Shown: in pieces, positions 44,192-52,544 of the stretch
Layout: every line of letters begins with the position of its first letter
Position numbering within the stretch: position 1 is the first letter of the stretch
NCBI GenBank assembly: GCA_035277785.1
Contig: DATEJX010000086.1
Location: 1-63,081, forward strand
DNA: 63,081 nt
Direction: 5' to 3'
Origin: Candidatus Angelobacter sp.
Lineage (GTDB): Bacteria > Acidobacteriota > Terriglobia > Terriglobales > Acidobacteriaceae
Position numbers and translations under genes: made by a program
Notes under the pieces: model-generated
The model's database searches: none
What the model saw: the letters and a program-made list of their open reading frames with translations, nothing else
What the model was told of the DNA's origin: nothing

Positions 44192-44713
44192 CTATCCACC
44201 AATTTGCTGCGCCACCAATTCTCGGACCTGCACCCGTGCGTTGTGCAGCGCCAGCATTGACTCTTCCTGCGTCAATCCCAGCAAACCTGAAATCTTCTTG
44301 TGCTCGTATCCCTCCACGTCATGGAGCAAAAACACCAGCTTTTCGGTAGCCGGCAGCTGTACCACTGCGCGCTCAAGATGTACACGCTTAATATTTCCGC
44401 GGATGTTCTTTGCTTCGATGGAAGCGACAGCATTGAGGCTCAGGGTGCCAATCGGCATCAACTCACGCATTTCTGCCAGGAACGCATGGTCCACGTGATC
44501 AGTATTCGGCTTTTCAGAAGCTGCAAAAGCACGCAGGAAGGTGTTGCTGACCAGCTGTTCAGCTGCGAGTTCGTTATCGGTAAGGTAAAAAGCCAAAGAA
44601 TAAATTCTGTGGCAGTTGTCGTTGTAGATCTCGCTGTATTCGGCTTTGTTTCGTTCGGCGGCAGGAGCAAATACCACCATATTCTCCAATACGCCTTGGA
44701 AGCTGCTTGCCAT
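44192..44713 (-). CDS. ECF-type RNA polymerase sigma-70 family factor (173 aa)
   Basis: ATG 44713 is preceded by AGAGG. The longer TTG ORF to 44803 is unlikely. Region-2-like (..IYSLAFYLTDNELAAEQLVSNTFLRAF..) and region-4-like (..LPATEKLVFLLHDVEGYEHKKISGLLGLTQEESMLALHNAR..) segments are present. Confidence 0.8.
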   Translation of the reverse strand: MASSFQGVLENMVVFAPAAERNKAEYSEIYNDNCHRIYSLAFYLTDNELAAEQLVSNTFLRAFAASEKPNTDHVDHAFLAEMRELMPIGTLSLNAVASIEAKNIRGNIKRVHLERAVVQLPATEKLVFLLHDVEGYEHKKISGLLGLTQEESMLALHNARVQVRELVAQQIGG

Positions 44714-45013
44714 TGTCGATCTACCTCTTTTCTGCCCGCATGAGGGTCGGGAATATCGTCTCGTCGAGTGGCACGCAATGACTAAAGCAATCTCGATGCC
44801 CAAGGAACGATGTCCCTATGGATTCTTGCATTTAGAAAAGTTAAGCCATTGATTTTATGGGATTTATTTGAGTATTATGCGACGAAAAAGGGTGAACAAC
44901 TATCAAAGGCCGCTGGCGGAATAAAATCTTGGCTGATACATTGAGCCCTGATTATGAGCATCAAAATACCACTTTGGAGAAGCTGCAGACCAACAATCTT
45001 AAGGTCGGTGGAA

Positions 45014-45703
45014 CTACCGAACTACAATTACTTCCCTATAGTTGTCTCTTCCAAGGAAGAATTTACGAGAAGCGAAGTCGGCAAACAGGCTTTCCACGTG
45101 CCGGTTGTTAAATATCCTCTGAATCTTAACGCTCCCCTTTGGCTCCATCTCCAGGGTGTCAGATTGAGAGATGTGGTACCGGTAAAGAGCAGCGTTTGGG
45201 CCCGGATCTTTGTCATGGAAAAACGCCAACAGTGTCCCGTGGGGCTTCAGCACGTAATGGATTCGTTCCACCAACGGCTTCACCAGCGGTTCCGGCAGGT
45301 AGTCGGTTACGTCCCAGCAGAGTACAGCGTCAAACTGGCTTTCAGAGTATGTAAGGTTGTCAGCCAGAAATTTCTGGGGATCAAACTGCTCTAAGCCGTC
45401 GTCCTGCCGGGTGAGGTAATCAGGATCTTTGCACGCCCGGAGCACATCTTCCGTGGACAGACGAAGACCCATTTCTGTGAAAAAGGCAATGTTTGCGGCA
45501 GAAGTGGAGCCCAGGTCGAGAATGGAAAGTCTCTGCTCGCCAGCCGCCTTAAGGTCCGACTGCAGGCTGCGCATGAACTCTCCAAATCCAATGGACCGGC
45601 GTGTGCTGCGTGGCGCGGCAGTTCCCTTCTCCTGCGCATTGGACGGGGACGACTCTCCTCCGCCACGGAACCAGCGGGAAAGGCTGTGATTGGGGGAGTT
45701 CAT
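45014..45703 (-). CDS. Class I SAM-dependent methyltransferase-fold protein with an atypical glycine-rich loop (229 aa)
   Basis: Motif I-like ILDLGSTSAANI, acidic motif II AVLCWDV, and LKPHGTLLAFF. It starts 18 nt after the bactofilin stop and is probably co-transcribed. Confidence 0.7.
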   Translation of the reverse strand: MNSPNHSLSRWFRGGGESSPSNAQEKGTAAPRSTRRSIGFGEFMRSLQSDLKAAGEQRLSILDLGSTSAANIAFFTEMGLRLSTEDVLRACKDPDYLTRQDDGLEQFDPQKFLADNLTYSESQFDAVLCWDVTDYLPEPLVKPLVERIHYVLKPHGTLLAFFHDKDPGPNAALYRYHISQSDTLEMEPKGSVKIQRIFNNRHVESLFADFASRKFFLGRDNYREVIVVR

Positions 45704-45721
45704 GGCTCCCCCAATCCTACA

Positions 45722-46315
45722 TTATTTGGGTTCTGTAAAGGAACCCTGTGACCCGGAGCTCGCGTTATAGGTCGTGCCCGAGCTCATGCCCATACTTGAG
45801 CCCGCGGAGGCTGCCACCACCATCGGTTTCCGTGTCTCAGAATGGCTGTCCTTATTTTCCTTGATATCGATGGATCCTTTGAAATAAGCGCCATCCTCAA
45901 TCACGATCCGCTGTGTGCTCACGTCGCCAACGAGAGTGCAGGCTTTTTTCAGCTCCACCCGTTCCGTGGCGGAGACGTTGCCCTCCACTCGTCCGTGCAG
46001 GACGATATCGCGCGCTGTAATTGACGCCTTGATCTTGCCATTCGGGCCGATCACCAGCTTGTGATCCCGCAGGTTGATGTTGCCTTCGATTTCACCATCG
46101 AGGTAAAGATCTTCGTTTCCCGTGAGTTCACCACGGATGACAACCGATTTGCCAATGTGGCCAACATCGGCGCGATCGGCGGCCGGATGACTCATCTTGG
46201 TTTGGTCCTTGGGGGCTGTGCTAAGGCTGGATGTCGGGGTGGCGGCGACGGCGGGCGACGCTGACGGCTGATTGCTGCTCATGGGCTGATTATCCTCAGG
46301 TCTGGGTTTCCACAT
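45722..46315 (-). CDS. Bactofilin-family polymer-forming cytoskeletal protein (197 aa from ATG 46315)
   Basis: DUF583-type beta-helix repeats (VVIRGELTGNEDLYLDGEIEGNINL..LVIGPNGKIKASITARDIVLHGRVEGNVSATERVELKKACTLVGDVSTQRIVIEDGAYFKGSIDI). ATG 46315 is preceded by AAGGA. The ORF is open to 46429, but that extension is not protein-like. Confidence 0.85.
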   Translation of the reverse strand: MWKPRPEDNQPMSSNQPSASPAVAATPTSSLSTAPKDQTKMSHPAADRADVGHIGKSVVIRGELTGNEDLYLDGEIEGNINLRDHKLVIGPNGKIKASITARDIVLHGRVEGNVSATERVELKKACTLVGDVSTQRIVIEDGAYFKGSIDIKENKDSHSETRKPMVVAASAGSSMGMSSGTTYNASSGSQGSFTEPK

Positions 46316-46922
46316 AACGTCTATTCCTTTTTTTGGAGTGTTGCGCTTGCGCTGCCACAACCGTTCCCAATCTCCTTCGGGACAGCCATAGAAACTCAAA
46401 TCTTCGGAACGGCGCCGTTCGGCTTGCAAGCCAGCCGCGCGGCTGTCTGACTAAGAATCGATTTCAGGATCCACCAGCAACTTCCCGGAACCCGGGTAAA
46501 TGGAAGTGACCGGCCAACTATGGCTCTCGGCCTGTGATTGCTGAATCCTTTAATGGGGCTAAGTGTACGCCCGCATTCATCTGCAAAACAGTTACTCTGG
46601 GAGTTGCACCCTGAAGGTAACCTCGTGCCTATCCGTGGCACCCCTGTTCCCAATTTTCCGAAATCAGGTGAGCCGCCGTGATTACCAATTTGTAAACATT
46701 TGCAGTCGACAATTAACTATATTTAGATTCAACGGCTTAGATCAACTCTGAAGCAGGAACTCTGATCCAGTTTTGGCCATGCGTTTGCATTTCAGTTAAC
46801 CGTCGACCGAACGGAAATGTCACGGCGGCGAAGGGGCCGAAAACCAGGGGAACAGCGGCCTCACGAAGTCGTGACGATTTGAGCCAATGGGACTGCCTTT
46901 TCCGAAGTGGTCGATGCTCCAA

Positions 46923-46958
46923 GAGGGCGGCTTCAAAAAAGCCGCCTTCTGTTATTTT
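46923..46958 (+). terminator. Rho-independent terminator in a non-coding spacer, with no upstream + strand ORF
   Basis: GAGGGCGGC (46923-46931) pairs with GCCGCCTTC (46941-46949), with one G-U pair, followed by TGTTATTTT. Confidence 0.65.
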
Positions 46959-47162
46959 CGAGGCAATGATTTAAGCCAAGTTGAAATTCAAGCAACAAGC
47001 CACCAAATGTAAATGCAGGCCATCTGCAGTCTTCTTCCAATTTCCTCCAAGCCGATTGTTGAGTGCTGGGGACTGAGTGCTGGGTTAAGGCAGTGCTAAA
47101 ATGCAACTACACTGGGACCGCTGGGCGTCTAACTAAAGAGAGTAACTGGCTCAAATTCTCCT

Positions 47163-48140
47163 ATGCTGTCGAACATCCTGGCCCGGGCATATTTCTTGCT
47201 TTTTGCCGCCGTGCTTCCTCTTTGCGCGATTGCGCAGAACCATCGCAGTACATCTGCTTCCAGGCATCAACCCGCGCTTGCTGCTCAAAACCAGACACCT
47301 GGAGTTAGTGCATCCGGCCAACACACGGCACCGGCCACGCCCCAGACTCCTCCTCTTCCCAGTGACGCAACGCAGTTTGTGCGCGAGGTGATTCATCACG
47401 AGCTTACGACGGAAGCTCAGGACCACAGCCACTGGCGCTATCGTGCGCATCGCGAAGACGAAAAGAGCAACATTGACAAGGATGTTATTGAGACTCGCGA
47501 GGGAGAACTGACACGAACCCTCCTTCTCTGGGGCCGGCCGCTCACATCTGACGAACGCCAGAAGGATGAAGAACGCATGCAGAAGCTGGTTTCGGATCCT
47601 TCGGAGCGGGCCAAGCGGCTCAAACGCGAAAAGGACGATAGTGACAAGGGCCGCGAGATGTTCAAGGCGATCCCTGACGCGTTCGTCTTTAAATATGACG
47701 GGATTGAGAATGGCCTTGTCAGATTGGCATTCTTCCCCAATCCTAACTATGACCCGCCCACCAGAGAGCTGCGCGTCTTTCGCGCTCTGAGCGGCAAGAT
47801 GTGGATTGATTCCGCTCAGAAGCACGTGGTGCGCATTGAAGGGCAGCTCTTTCAGGATGTGACTTTTGGCTGGGGGATTCTTGCCCGGCTGAACAAAGGG
47901 GGCACTTTTGTGGTCAACCTGCGGGAAGTTGGCCCTGGTCATTGGGACATGACATCACTGGACGTGAACATGTCAGGCCATGCCATTCTGTTCAAGAACA
48001 TCGCCGTGAAAGAGCATCAGACCCAAAGCGAGTTCCGCCGCGTTCCGGATAACCTGACCATGTCACAGGCTTACAACATGCTGCAAAAGGATGGAGCGGT
48101 AACGGCAAATAATCAACCCACTCCAACCATCCACAAATAA
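47163..48140 (+). CDS. Secreted protein of unknown function (325 aa)
   Basis: Signal peptide MLSNILARAYFLLFAAVLPLCAIAQ. A Pro/Gln-rich linker is followed by a charged helical region and a beta-rich C-terminal domain. The composition is protein-like, unlike the antisense ORF 47151-47942. Confidence 0.7.
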   Translation: MLSNILARAYFLLFAAVLPLCAIAQNHRSTSASRHQPALAAQNQTPGVSASGQHTAPATPQTPPLPSDATQFVREVIHHELTTEAQDHSHWRYRAHREDEKSNIDKDVIETREGELTRTLLLWGRPLTSDERQKDEERMQKLVSDPSERAKRLKREKDDSDKGREMFKAIPDAFVFKYDGIENGLVRLAFFPNPNYDPPTRELRVFRALSGKMWIDSAQKHVVRIEGQLFQDVTFGWGILARLNKGGTFVVNLREVGPGHWDMTSLDVNMSGHAILFKNIAVKEHQTQSEFRRVPDNLTMSQAYNMLQKDGAVTANNQPTPTIHK

Positions 48141-48163
48141 AGTGCAGCCTTCCTCCTTGGACC

Positions 48164-48538
48164 TTAGGCCCCCAGCAAACCATAGATGAGGACCGCCAGC
48201 ACTATCAGGCTTACCGCAACGTAAACAGAATCTTTCTCAAGCCCAAACGAAATCGCTGAAAAAAATACCCGGGCGATTGGAGTGAGTACCAGCAGAAGCA
48301 ATCCGAGCTGGATGATGCCATGGCTATCAAGCCTCACTGCGCTTCCCACTACGCCGCTGACTGTGCACAGGTATTGCGGCTGGCCATGGAACTGGTGGTA
48401 ATCTTTGCGGTTTGTCCCGTGCTGAGCCAGATAGTAGATTCCGCCTGCCAGCACCACGAAGGCTGATAACAGCACGCCTGCGCGCAGCAGGTTGCCAATG
48501 ACGTGCTCGGTTTTCTCATCTGTCCATGAAAAGCTCAT
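48164..48538 (-). CDS. DUF1634-type small membrane protein, the usual partner of TSUP transporters (124 aa)
   Basis: Three to four TM helices. ATGA overlap with the upstream TSUP gene. The pairing of these two families is common. Confidence 0.75.
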   Translation of the reverse strand: MSFSWTDEKTEHVIGNLLRAGVLLSAFVVLAGGIYYLAQHGTNRKDYHQFHGQPQYLCTVSGVVGSAVRLDSHGIIQLGLLLLVLTPIARVFFSAISFGLEKDSVYVAVSLIVLAVLIYGLLGA

Positions 48539-49371
48539 AGGCGTCCTGTAAGTGCGTTGAAGATCAACTCAATTGCCATCACAATGATCACCACGGCAAA
48601 AACCCGGCGCAACCATTGTGTTTTGGCCCGTGCCAGGAGCTTTGCTCCGAAAAAAGATCCTGCCACCACTCCGAGCATTACCGGCATGGCGAGTGAAGGA
48701 TCGATATAGCCTCTGCGCAGGTACACGCCAGCGCTGGCCGCAGCAGTCACCCCAATCATGAAGTTGCTGGTGGTAGTGGACACTTTGAAAGGCAGCTTCA
48801 TCGCCTGATCAAGCGCCAGGACCTTTACCGCGCCCGATCCAATGCCCAACAATCCTGAAAGCGTCCCTGCGCCAAACATAAGGCCAAACCCGCTTGTAAC
48901 AGACGAGACTTGATAAGAACGCGGCCCCTCCGGCGTGGGATACGTGCCGTGCATCCGCAGCGCTCCCGCAAGCGGGTCAGGGCGAACGTCCACAGGGTGC
49001 TCTGGCTGTGCGCGTCCCGAAATGTACCCCGAATAAAGAAGCACCGCAGCAAGTATGAGTGCTATTCCTTCTACTGGAGTTTTGGTGGCCAGATACGCCC
49101 CCAGCACGGCGCCAATGGTGGTGGCGATCTCCAGAAACATTCCAATGCGGATGTTGGTGTATCCCTCTTTCACATACGCTGCCGCAGCTCCGGAAGAAGT
49201 AGCGATGACGGAGACAAGAGCGGCCCCGGCAGCATAGTGTATGTGGACGTGAAACCAGAGCGTCAGCACCGGCACAAGGATTGCCGCCCCGCCCAATCCG
49301 GTCAGAGCGCCCAATAAGCCGGCGAGGAAGGACGCAATCCACACCACCAGCGTGAATTCAATGGTATTCAT
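48535..49371 (-). CDS. TSUP (TauE/SafE) family sulfite/anion exporter-like membrane protein (278 aa)
   Basis: About eight TM helices in two homologous halves, with G-rich helices (LTGLGGAAILVP.., LLGIGSGAVKV..) typical of the family. Confidence 0.85.
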   Translation of the reverse strand: MNTIEFTLVVWIASFLAGLLGALTGLGGAAILVPVLTLWFHVHIHYAAGAALVSVIATSSGAAAAYVKEGYTNIRIGMFLEIATTIGAVLGAYLATKTPVEGIALILAAVLLYSGYISGRAQPEHPVDVRPDPLAGALRMHGTYPTPEGPRSYQVSSVTSGFGLMFGAGTLSGLLGIGSGAVKVLALDQAMKLPFKVSTTTSNFMIGVTAAASAGVYLRRGYIDPSLAMPVMLGVVAGSFFGAKLLARAKTQWLRRVFAVVIIVMAIELIFNALTGRL

Positions 49372-49520
49372 TTGGATTGATTAGGATAAATGCTGCTAAT
49401 GCACTCTCAGGCGCCGGATGAACCCTTTTTTTTCGAAAGGCCTCACCGGCGAAGAAGCCGTGATTTTACAAGCCGTACCCGGCGAAGTGATAAGATGCTG
49501 ATTAGTTGTCTCGCAAAACG

Positions 49521-50003
49521 ATGTCTGCAACAGGTTCTGGAGTTCATCGGAAAAGCCAGACTTCCGTAAAAGGCTGGAAGCTGGTTCTATATGCCTTTCT
49601 GGCGTCTTCGTTCGTACTGTTCGTTTCCTTGATCATCCAATGGCTCGTTTATGACGACTGGCTGCGTCGAACCGGCCCGCTACATCTGGTGGGAACCTCA
49701 ATCGCCGCACTGCTGACCTTCATCTTTGCCGTTCGCTGGCAGAACTCTGTAAATCAACGCGAGCAGGAACTTGTACGGCACTTTGAGATCATCTTGCAGA
49801 TGAATGACCGCATCCGCAATGCTTTGCAGGCGATTGAATGCGTGACTTATCTTGCCGATCCTCAAGCCACAGAATCGGTGCGGCAATCGGTGAACAACAT
49901 TGATGCCGTCCTGCGCGAGGTACTGGAAGACACCAATCCTTCCGCGCAAGCGCGCGCTGCCTCCAGGAGTGCCTCAGCGGGGGTTACTCGCAGATCTGCC
50001 TGA
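49521..50003 (+). CDS. Two-TM membrane protein with a cytoplasmic helical domain resembling a His-less histidine-kinase DHp helix (160 aa)
   Basis: The ORF is open from TTG 49506; I prefer ATG 49521. TM segments LVLYAFLASSFVLFVSLIIQWLV and LVGTSIAALLTFIFAV, then ..ILQMNDRIRNALQAIE... Confidence 0.6.
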   Translation: MSATGSGVHRKSQTSVKGWKLVLYAFLASSFVLFVSLIIQWLVYDDWLRRTGPLHLVGTSIAALLTFIFAVRWQNSVNQREQELVRHFEIILQMNDRIRNALQAIECVTYLADPQATESVRQSVNNIDAVLREVLEDTNPSAQARAASRSASAGVTRRSA

Positions 50004-50038
50004 TTACTTTCTCGCTGCTCTATTCCACCAGCCGGTAT

Positions 50039-51058
50039 TCATTTTGAGGCCGCGTAAAACCCCTGCTTAGCTGACACGTGGAGTGGTGGCAGTCCTTTGG
50101 GTGGATGCAGCTTAACTTTGATCTTGTGCCACTTGCCATCATGGGGTTTGACCGTGGGCTCATACGCCAGAATGTATTCGTTGCGCAGAGCAATTCCAAT
50201 CTTGTTTGCCACGTCAGGCAGGTCCCTGGGGTCTGAGACGGTGAAACTCTCGCCACCAGTGACGGATGTGATATCCGAGAGGAGCTGCGGCCCGTATCGT
50301 TCTTCCGGAGTGCTGGCAAACATATCAAAGATTCCAATGGAAAAAATCTGAACGTCGGCTTCTTGCACCGTTGATTTAACTTCATTCTCCGTATAGCGGC
50401 TGTGGTTGTCTCCACCGTCAGAGATGATCAGCAGCGCTTTGCGTTGATAGCGCGCATTCTTCATGGTTGATAGGCCAAGATAAATCGCGTCCAGGAGCGC
50501 GGTAGTCCCATGCGGTTGAGCGAACATCAGACTGCCGTCCAGTTTCTCAACGTTTTGGCTGAAACCGGAAACAAGGCGCGGACGATCAGCAAAAGCAATC
50601 AGAAAGAACTCATCCTGCGGATTGGCTGTCTCGATAAAGGTACGAATCGCCTCACGAGCCTTCATGATCTTGTCGTTCATGCTTCCGCTGACGTCGAATA
50701 TTACGCCCAAAGAGATAGGCGCATCCTGGCTCCAGAGCGCCTGCAGATGCTCCTTTGTCTTGTCCTGATAAATTTCAAAATTTTTCTTGTCCAGCCCGGT
50801 CACCAGGCGATCCATCGAGTCGGTCACAGTTGTGGGCACTAATACCAGATTAGTCTCCGTTCTGAACGGCTTGGGATGGTCATCTAGTCCCGCAGGCTCA
50901 GCGGCAGAGAGTGGAGGAGCGGTCTCGCGCGGAACAATGTGGACGTTGGTATCATCCTGGCTCCAGCATCTTCCAGGATTGATCAACATGACAGCCACAA
51001 AAAATACCAGAATTACTGGCGGGAGAAACTCCAGGAACCGCTTGCACGAGAGGCCCAT
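50039..51058 (-). CDS. VWA-domain protein of the VWFA-related acidobacterial type (339 aa from ATG 51058)
   Basis: Signal/anchor MGLSCKRFLEFLPPVILVFFVAVML. VWA MIDAS-like ISLGVIFDVSGSM. The C-terminal beta domain ends ..KWHKIKVKL..P..L....AKQGFYA, characteristic of this family. A GTG at 51115 would add 19 aa. Confidence 0.85.
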   Translation of the reverse strand: MGLSCKRFLEFLPPVILVFFVAVMLINPGRCWSQDDTNVHIVPRETAPPLSAAEPAGLDDHPKPFRTETNLVLVPTTVTDSMDRLVTGLDKKNFEIYQDKTKEHLQALWSQDAPISLGVIFDVSGSMNDKIMKAREAIRTFIETANPQDEFFLIAFADRPRLVSGFSQNVEKLDGSLMFAQPHGTTALLDAIYLGLSTMKNARYQRKALLIISDGGDNHSRYTENEVKSTVQEADVQIFSIGIFDMFASTPEERYGPQLLSDITSVTGGESFTVSDPRDLPDVANKIGIALRNEYILAYEPTVKPHDGKWHKIKVKLHPPKGLPPLHVSAKQGFYAASK

Positions 51059-51325
51059 GATCGCCAACCTTAAATAGAGGCCCGCCGGCTCGTACTCAGG
51101 GCAGAGGCTGTGCACGGGAGCGAAGCGTCGAGATTCAGGAACGCTCGGATTAGATGCCTCTCCCTGGGCGCAGTTTGGCTACGCCGCTGCAGCGCGATGC
51201 GCTCTTGCAATACGCCAAGTGCCCCGGGAGTCCCGCGGCTTCGCGACAGCTCTCCTTTATTTATCAACCACTCGTACCGGAAAAGCATCTAGTGTCTGGA
51301 GCTATTCGATTGGTGAGACATCCTT

Positions 51326-51541
51326 ATGCGCATTCATGAAGGCAATTTCGCTTACGATCTTGAACAGCCAGTGGATCCGTTGACGCAACTTCGATCCAAA
51401 TGGAAGTTCACCGTCTACAAAGTCAGACCGGTGGAGCAGAAACTGGTTTCCGGCGAAGCTGATACGCGCGAAGCGGCGGAAAAAAAGGCTCGGACTGAGC
51501 TTGCCAAAGCTGCCCGCTCAGCAGACTCTCAGGCCGCTTGA
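51326..51541 (+). CDS. Small hypothetical protein (71 aa)
   Basis: ATG 7 nt after GGTGAGA. Soluble, protein-like composition with a charged helical C-terminus. No recognisable family. Confidence 0.4.
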   Translation: MRIHEGNFAYDLEQPVDPLTQLRSKWKFTVYKVRPVEQKLVSGEADTREAAEKKARTELAKAARSADSQAA

Positions 51542-51867
51542 TTTACGAATCGCTCCAGGTGTCCTGTCAAAAGCGACGCTGTCTCCTCTTCTTAGCGCCC
51601 ACACCGTGAGGTGAAGTGTTTTCAAAGCGCTCGCACTCTTAAGACACTCCTGGCGGCGAATTCACGGGAATCGTGCAGTAACACTCTCTTAGTCCCTAGG
51701 TCCCGCTTTGTCGGCGTGACGTGTCTCACATCCAGCAGCTCAGCTTCTTTTGCAATGAGCAGCTCACGTAAGGCAAACCCGAACGCTTGCGCCCTATCTA
51801 AAGGGTTGTCGCCACTTCCCAATACTTAAGGCCTGAACGAAGGGGCCGAAAGTACCAGGAGGATGTA

Positions 51868-52467
51868 ATGAGAAAGGCATATCTGATCACAGCGATCCTG
51901 CTGCTGTCAGCGGTTTGGGTTGTTGCTCAGACCGGTTCATCAACATCACCGAGTTCACAGACGCCCAGCAGCAGCACATCACCATCAACATCGGGCGCCC
52001 AGTCAACGACTCCCAGCAGCGGTTATCCGCAGAGCACTTCACCGTCGAGCACTTCTCCCTCGAGCCAGACCCCTGACACGAGTTCATCGACCACGACCAC
52101 CACACAGACCACTCAGACTTCGTCGACTTCTGATACTGGAAGCCAGACGATTGAAGGATGTCTCAGCGGTTCTGCCGGCAATTTCACTCTGACCGATCAG
52201 TCGGGCAAAACCTATCAACTGGCCGGCGACACCTCCAAATTGAGCGATCATGTGGGACATCAGGTCAGTATTACTGGTTCTGAAGCCAGCGGCGCCAGCG
52301 GGAGCGCAAGCTCCTCCACCAGCCCCAGCGGCAGCACCAGCCCCAGTGGCAGCACCGCCTCGAGCGGCTCTTCGTCTTCTGGCAGCATGGGCTCTTCTGC
52401 TTCGCAGAGCACGTTTACTGTGAAGAAAGTGAAGATGATCTCCAGCAGCTGCCCGGCCGCAAAATAA
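51868..52467 (+). CDS. Secreted Ser/Thr/Pro-rich low-complexity protein with a small Cys-containing domain (199 aa)
   Basis: AGGAGG 5 nt upstream of the ATG. Signal peptide MRKAYLITAILLLSAVWVVAQ. A mucin-like S/T/P tract, then TIEGCLSGSAGNFTLTDQSGKTYQLAGDTSKLSDHVGHQVSITG, an S/G tract, and FTVKKVKMISSSC. Confidence 0.75.
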   Translation: MRKAYLITAILLLSAVWVVAQTGSSTSPSSQTPSSSTSPSTSGAQSTTPSSGYPQSTSPSSTSPSSQTPDTSSSTTTTTQTTQTSSTSDTGSQTIEGCLSGSAGNFTLTDQSGKTYQLAGDTSKLSDHVGHQVSITGSEASGASGSASSSTSPSGSTSPSGSTASSGSSSSGSMGSSASQSTFTVKKVKMISSSCPAAK

Positions 52468-52491
52468 ATTAGCTGCGGTCTGGAAAACAAG

Positions 52492-52526
52492 AACCCCTGA
52501 AGCGTGTCTGCTTCAGGGGTTTTTGG
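52492..52526. terminator. Bidirectional rho-independent terminator between convergent genes
   Basis: AACCCCTGAAGC (52492-52503) pairs with GCTTCAGGGGTT (52510-52521). TTTGG follows on the plus strand and a T-rich run (TTCTTGTTTTC) on the minus strand. Confidence 0.75.
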
Positions 52527-52544
52527 TCTTCAGATGTTTCCTGC

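Noticed and set aside
46737-46958. I tried to assign the structured spacer element to a known riboswitch class (TPP: CTGATCCAG-like; glycine: GCGAAGGGGC-like; ZTP: GTCGTGAC-like).
   Set aside because: Each resemblance covers only one short box. The other obligatory conserved boxes (for example CUGAGA for TPP, GGAGAG/CUCAGGCAAAAGGAC for glycine, CCGCCUGGGC for ZTP) are absent, so no class call is justified.
47151-47942. 263-aa minus-strand ORF overlapping almost all of 47163-48140.
   Set aside because: The plus-strand product has a signal peptide and balanced, protein-like composition. The minus-strand translation is Arg/Leu/Cys-rich and lacks any start context.
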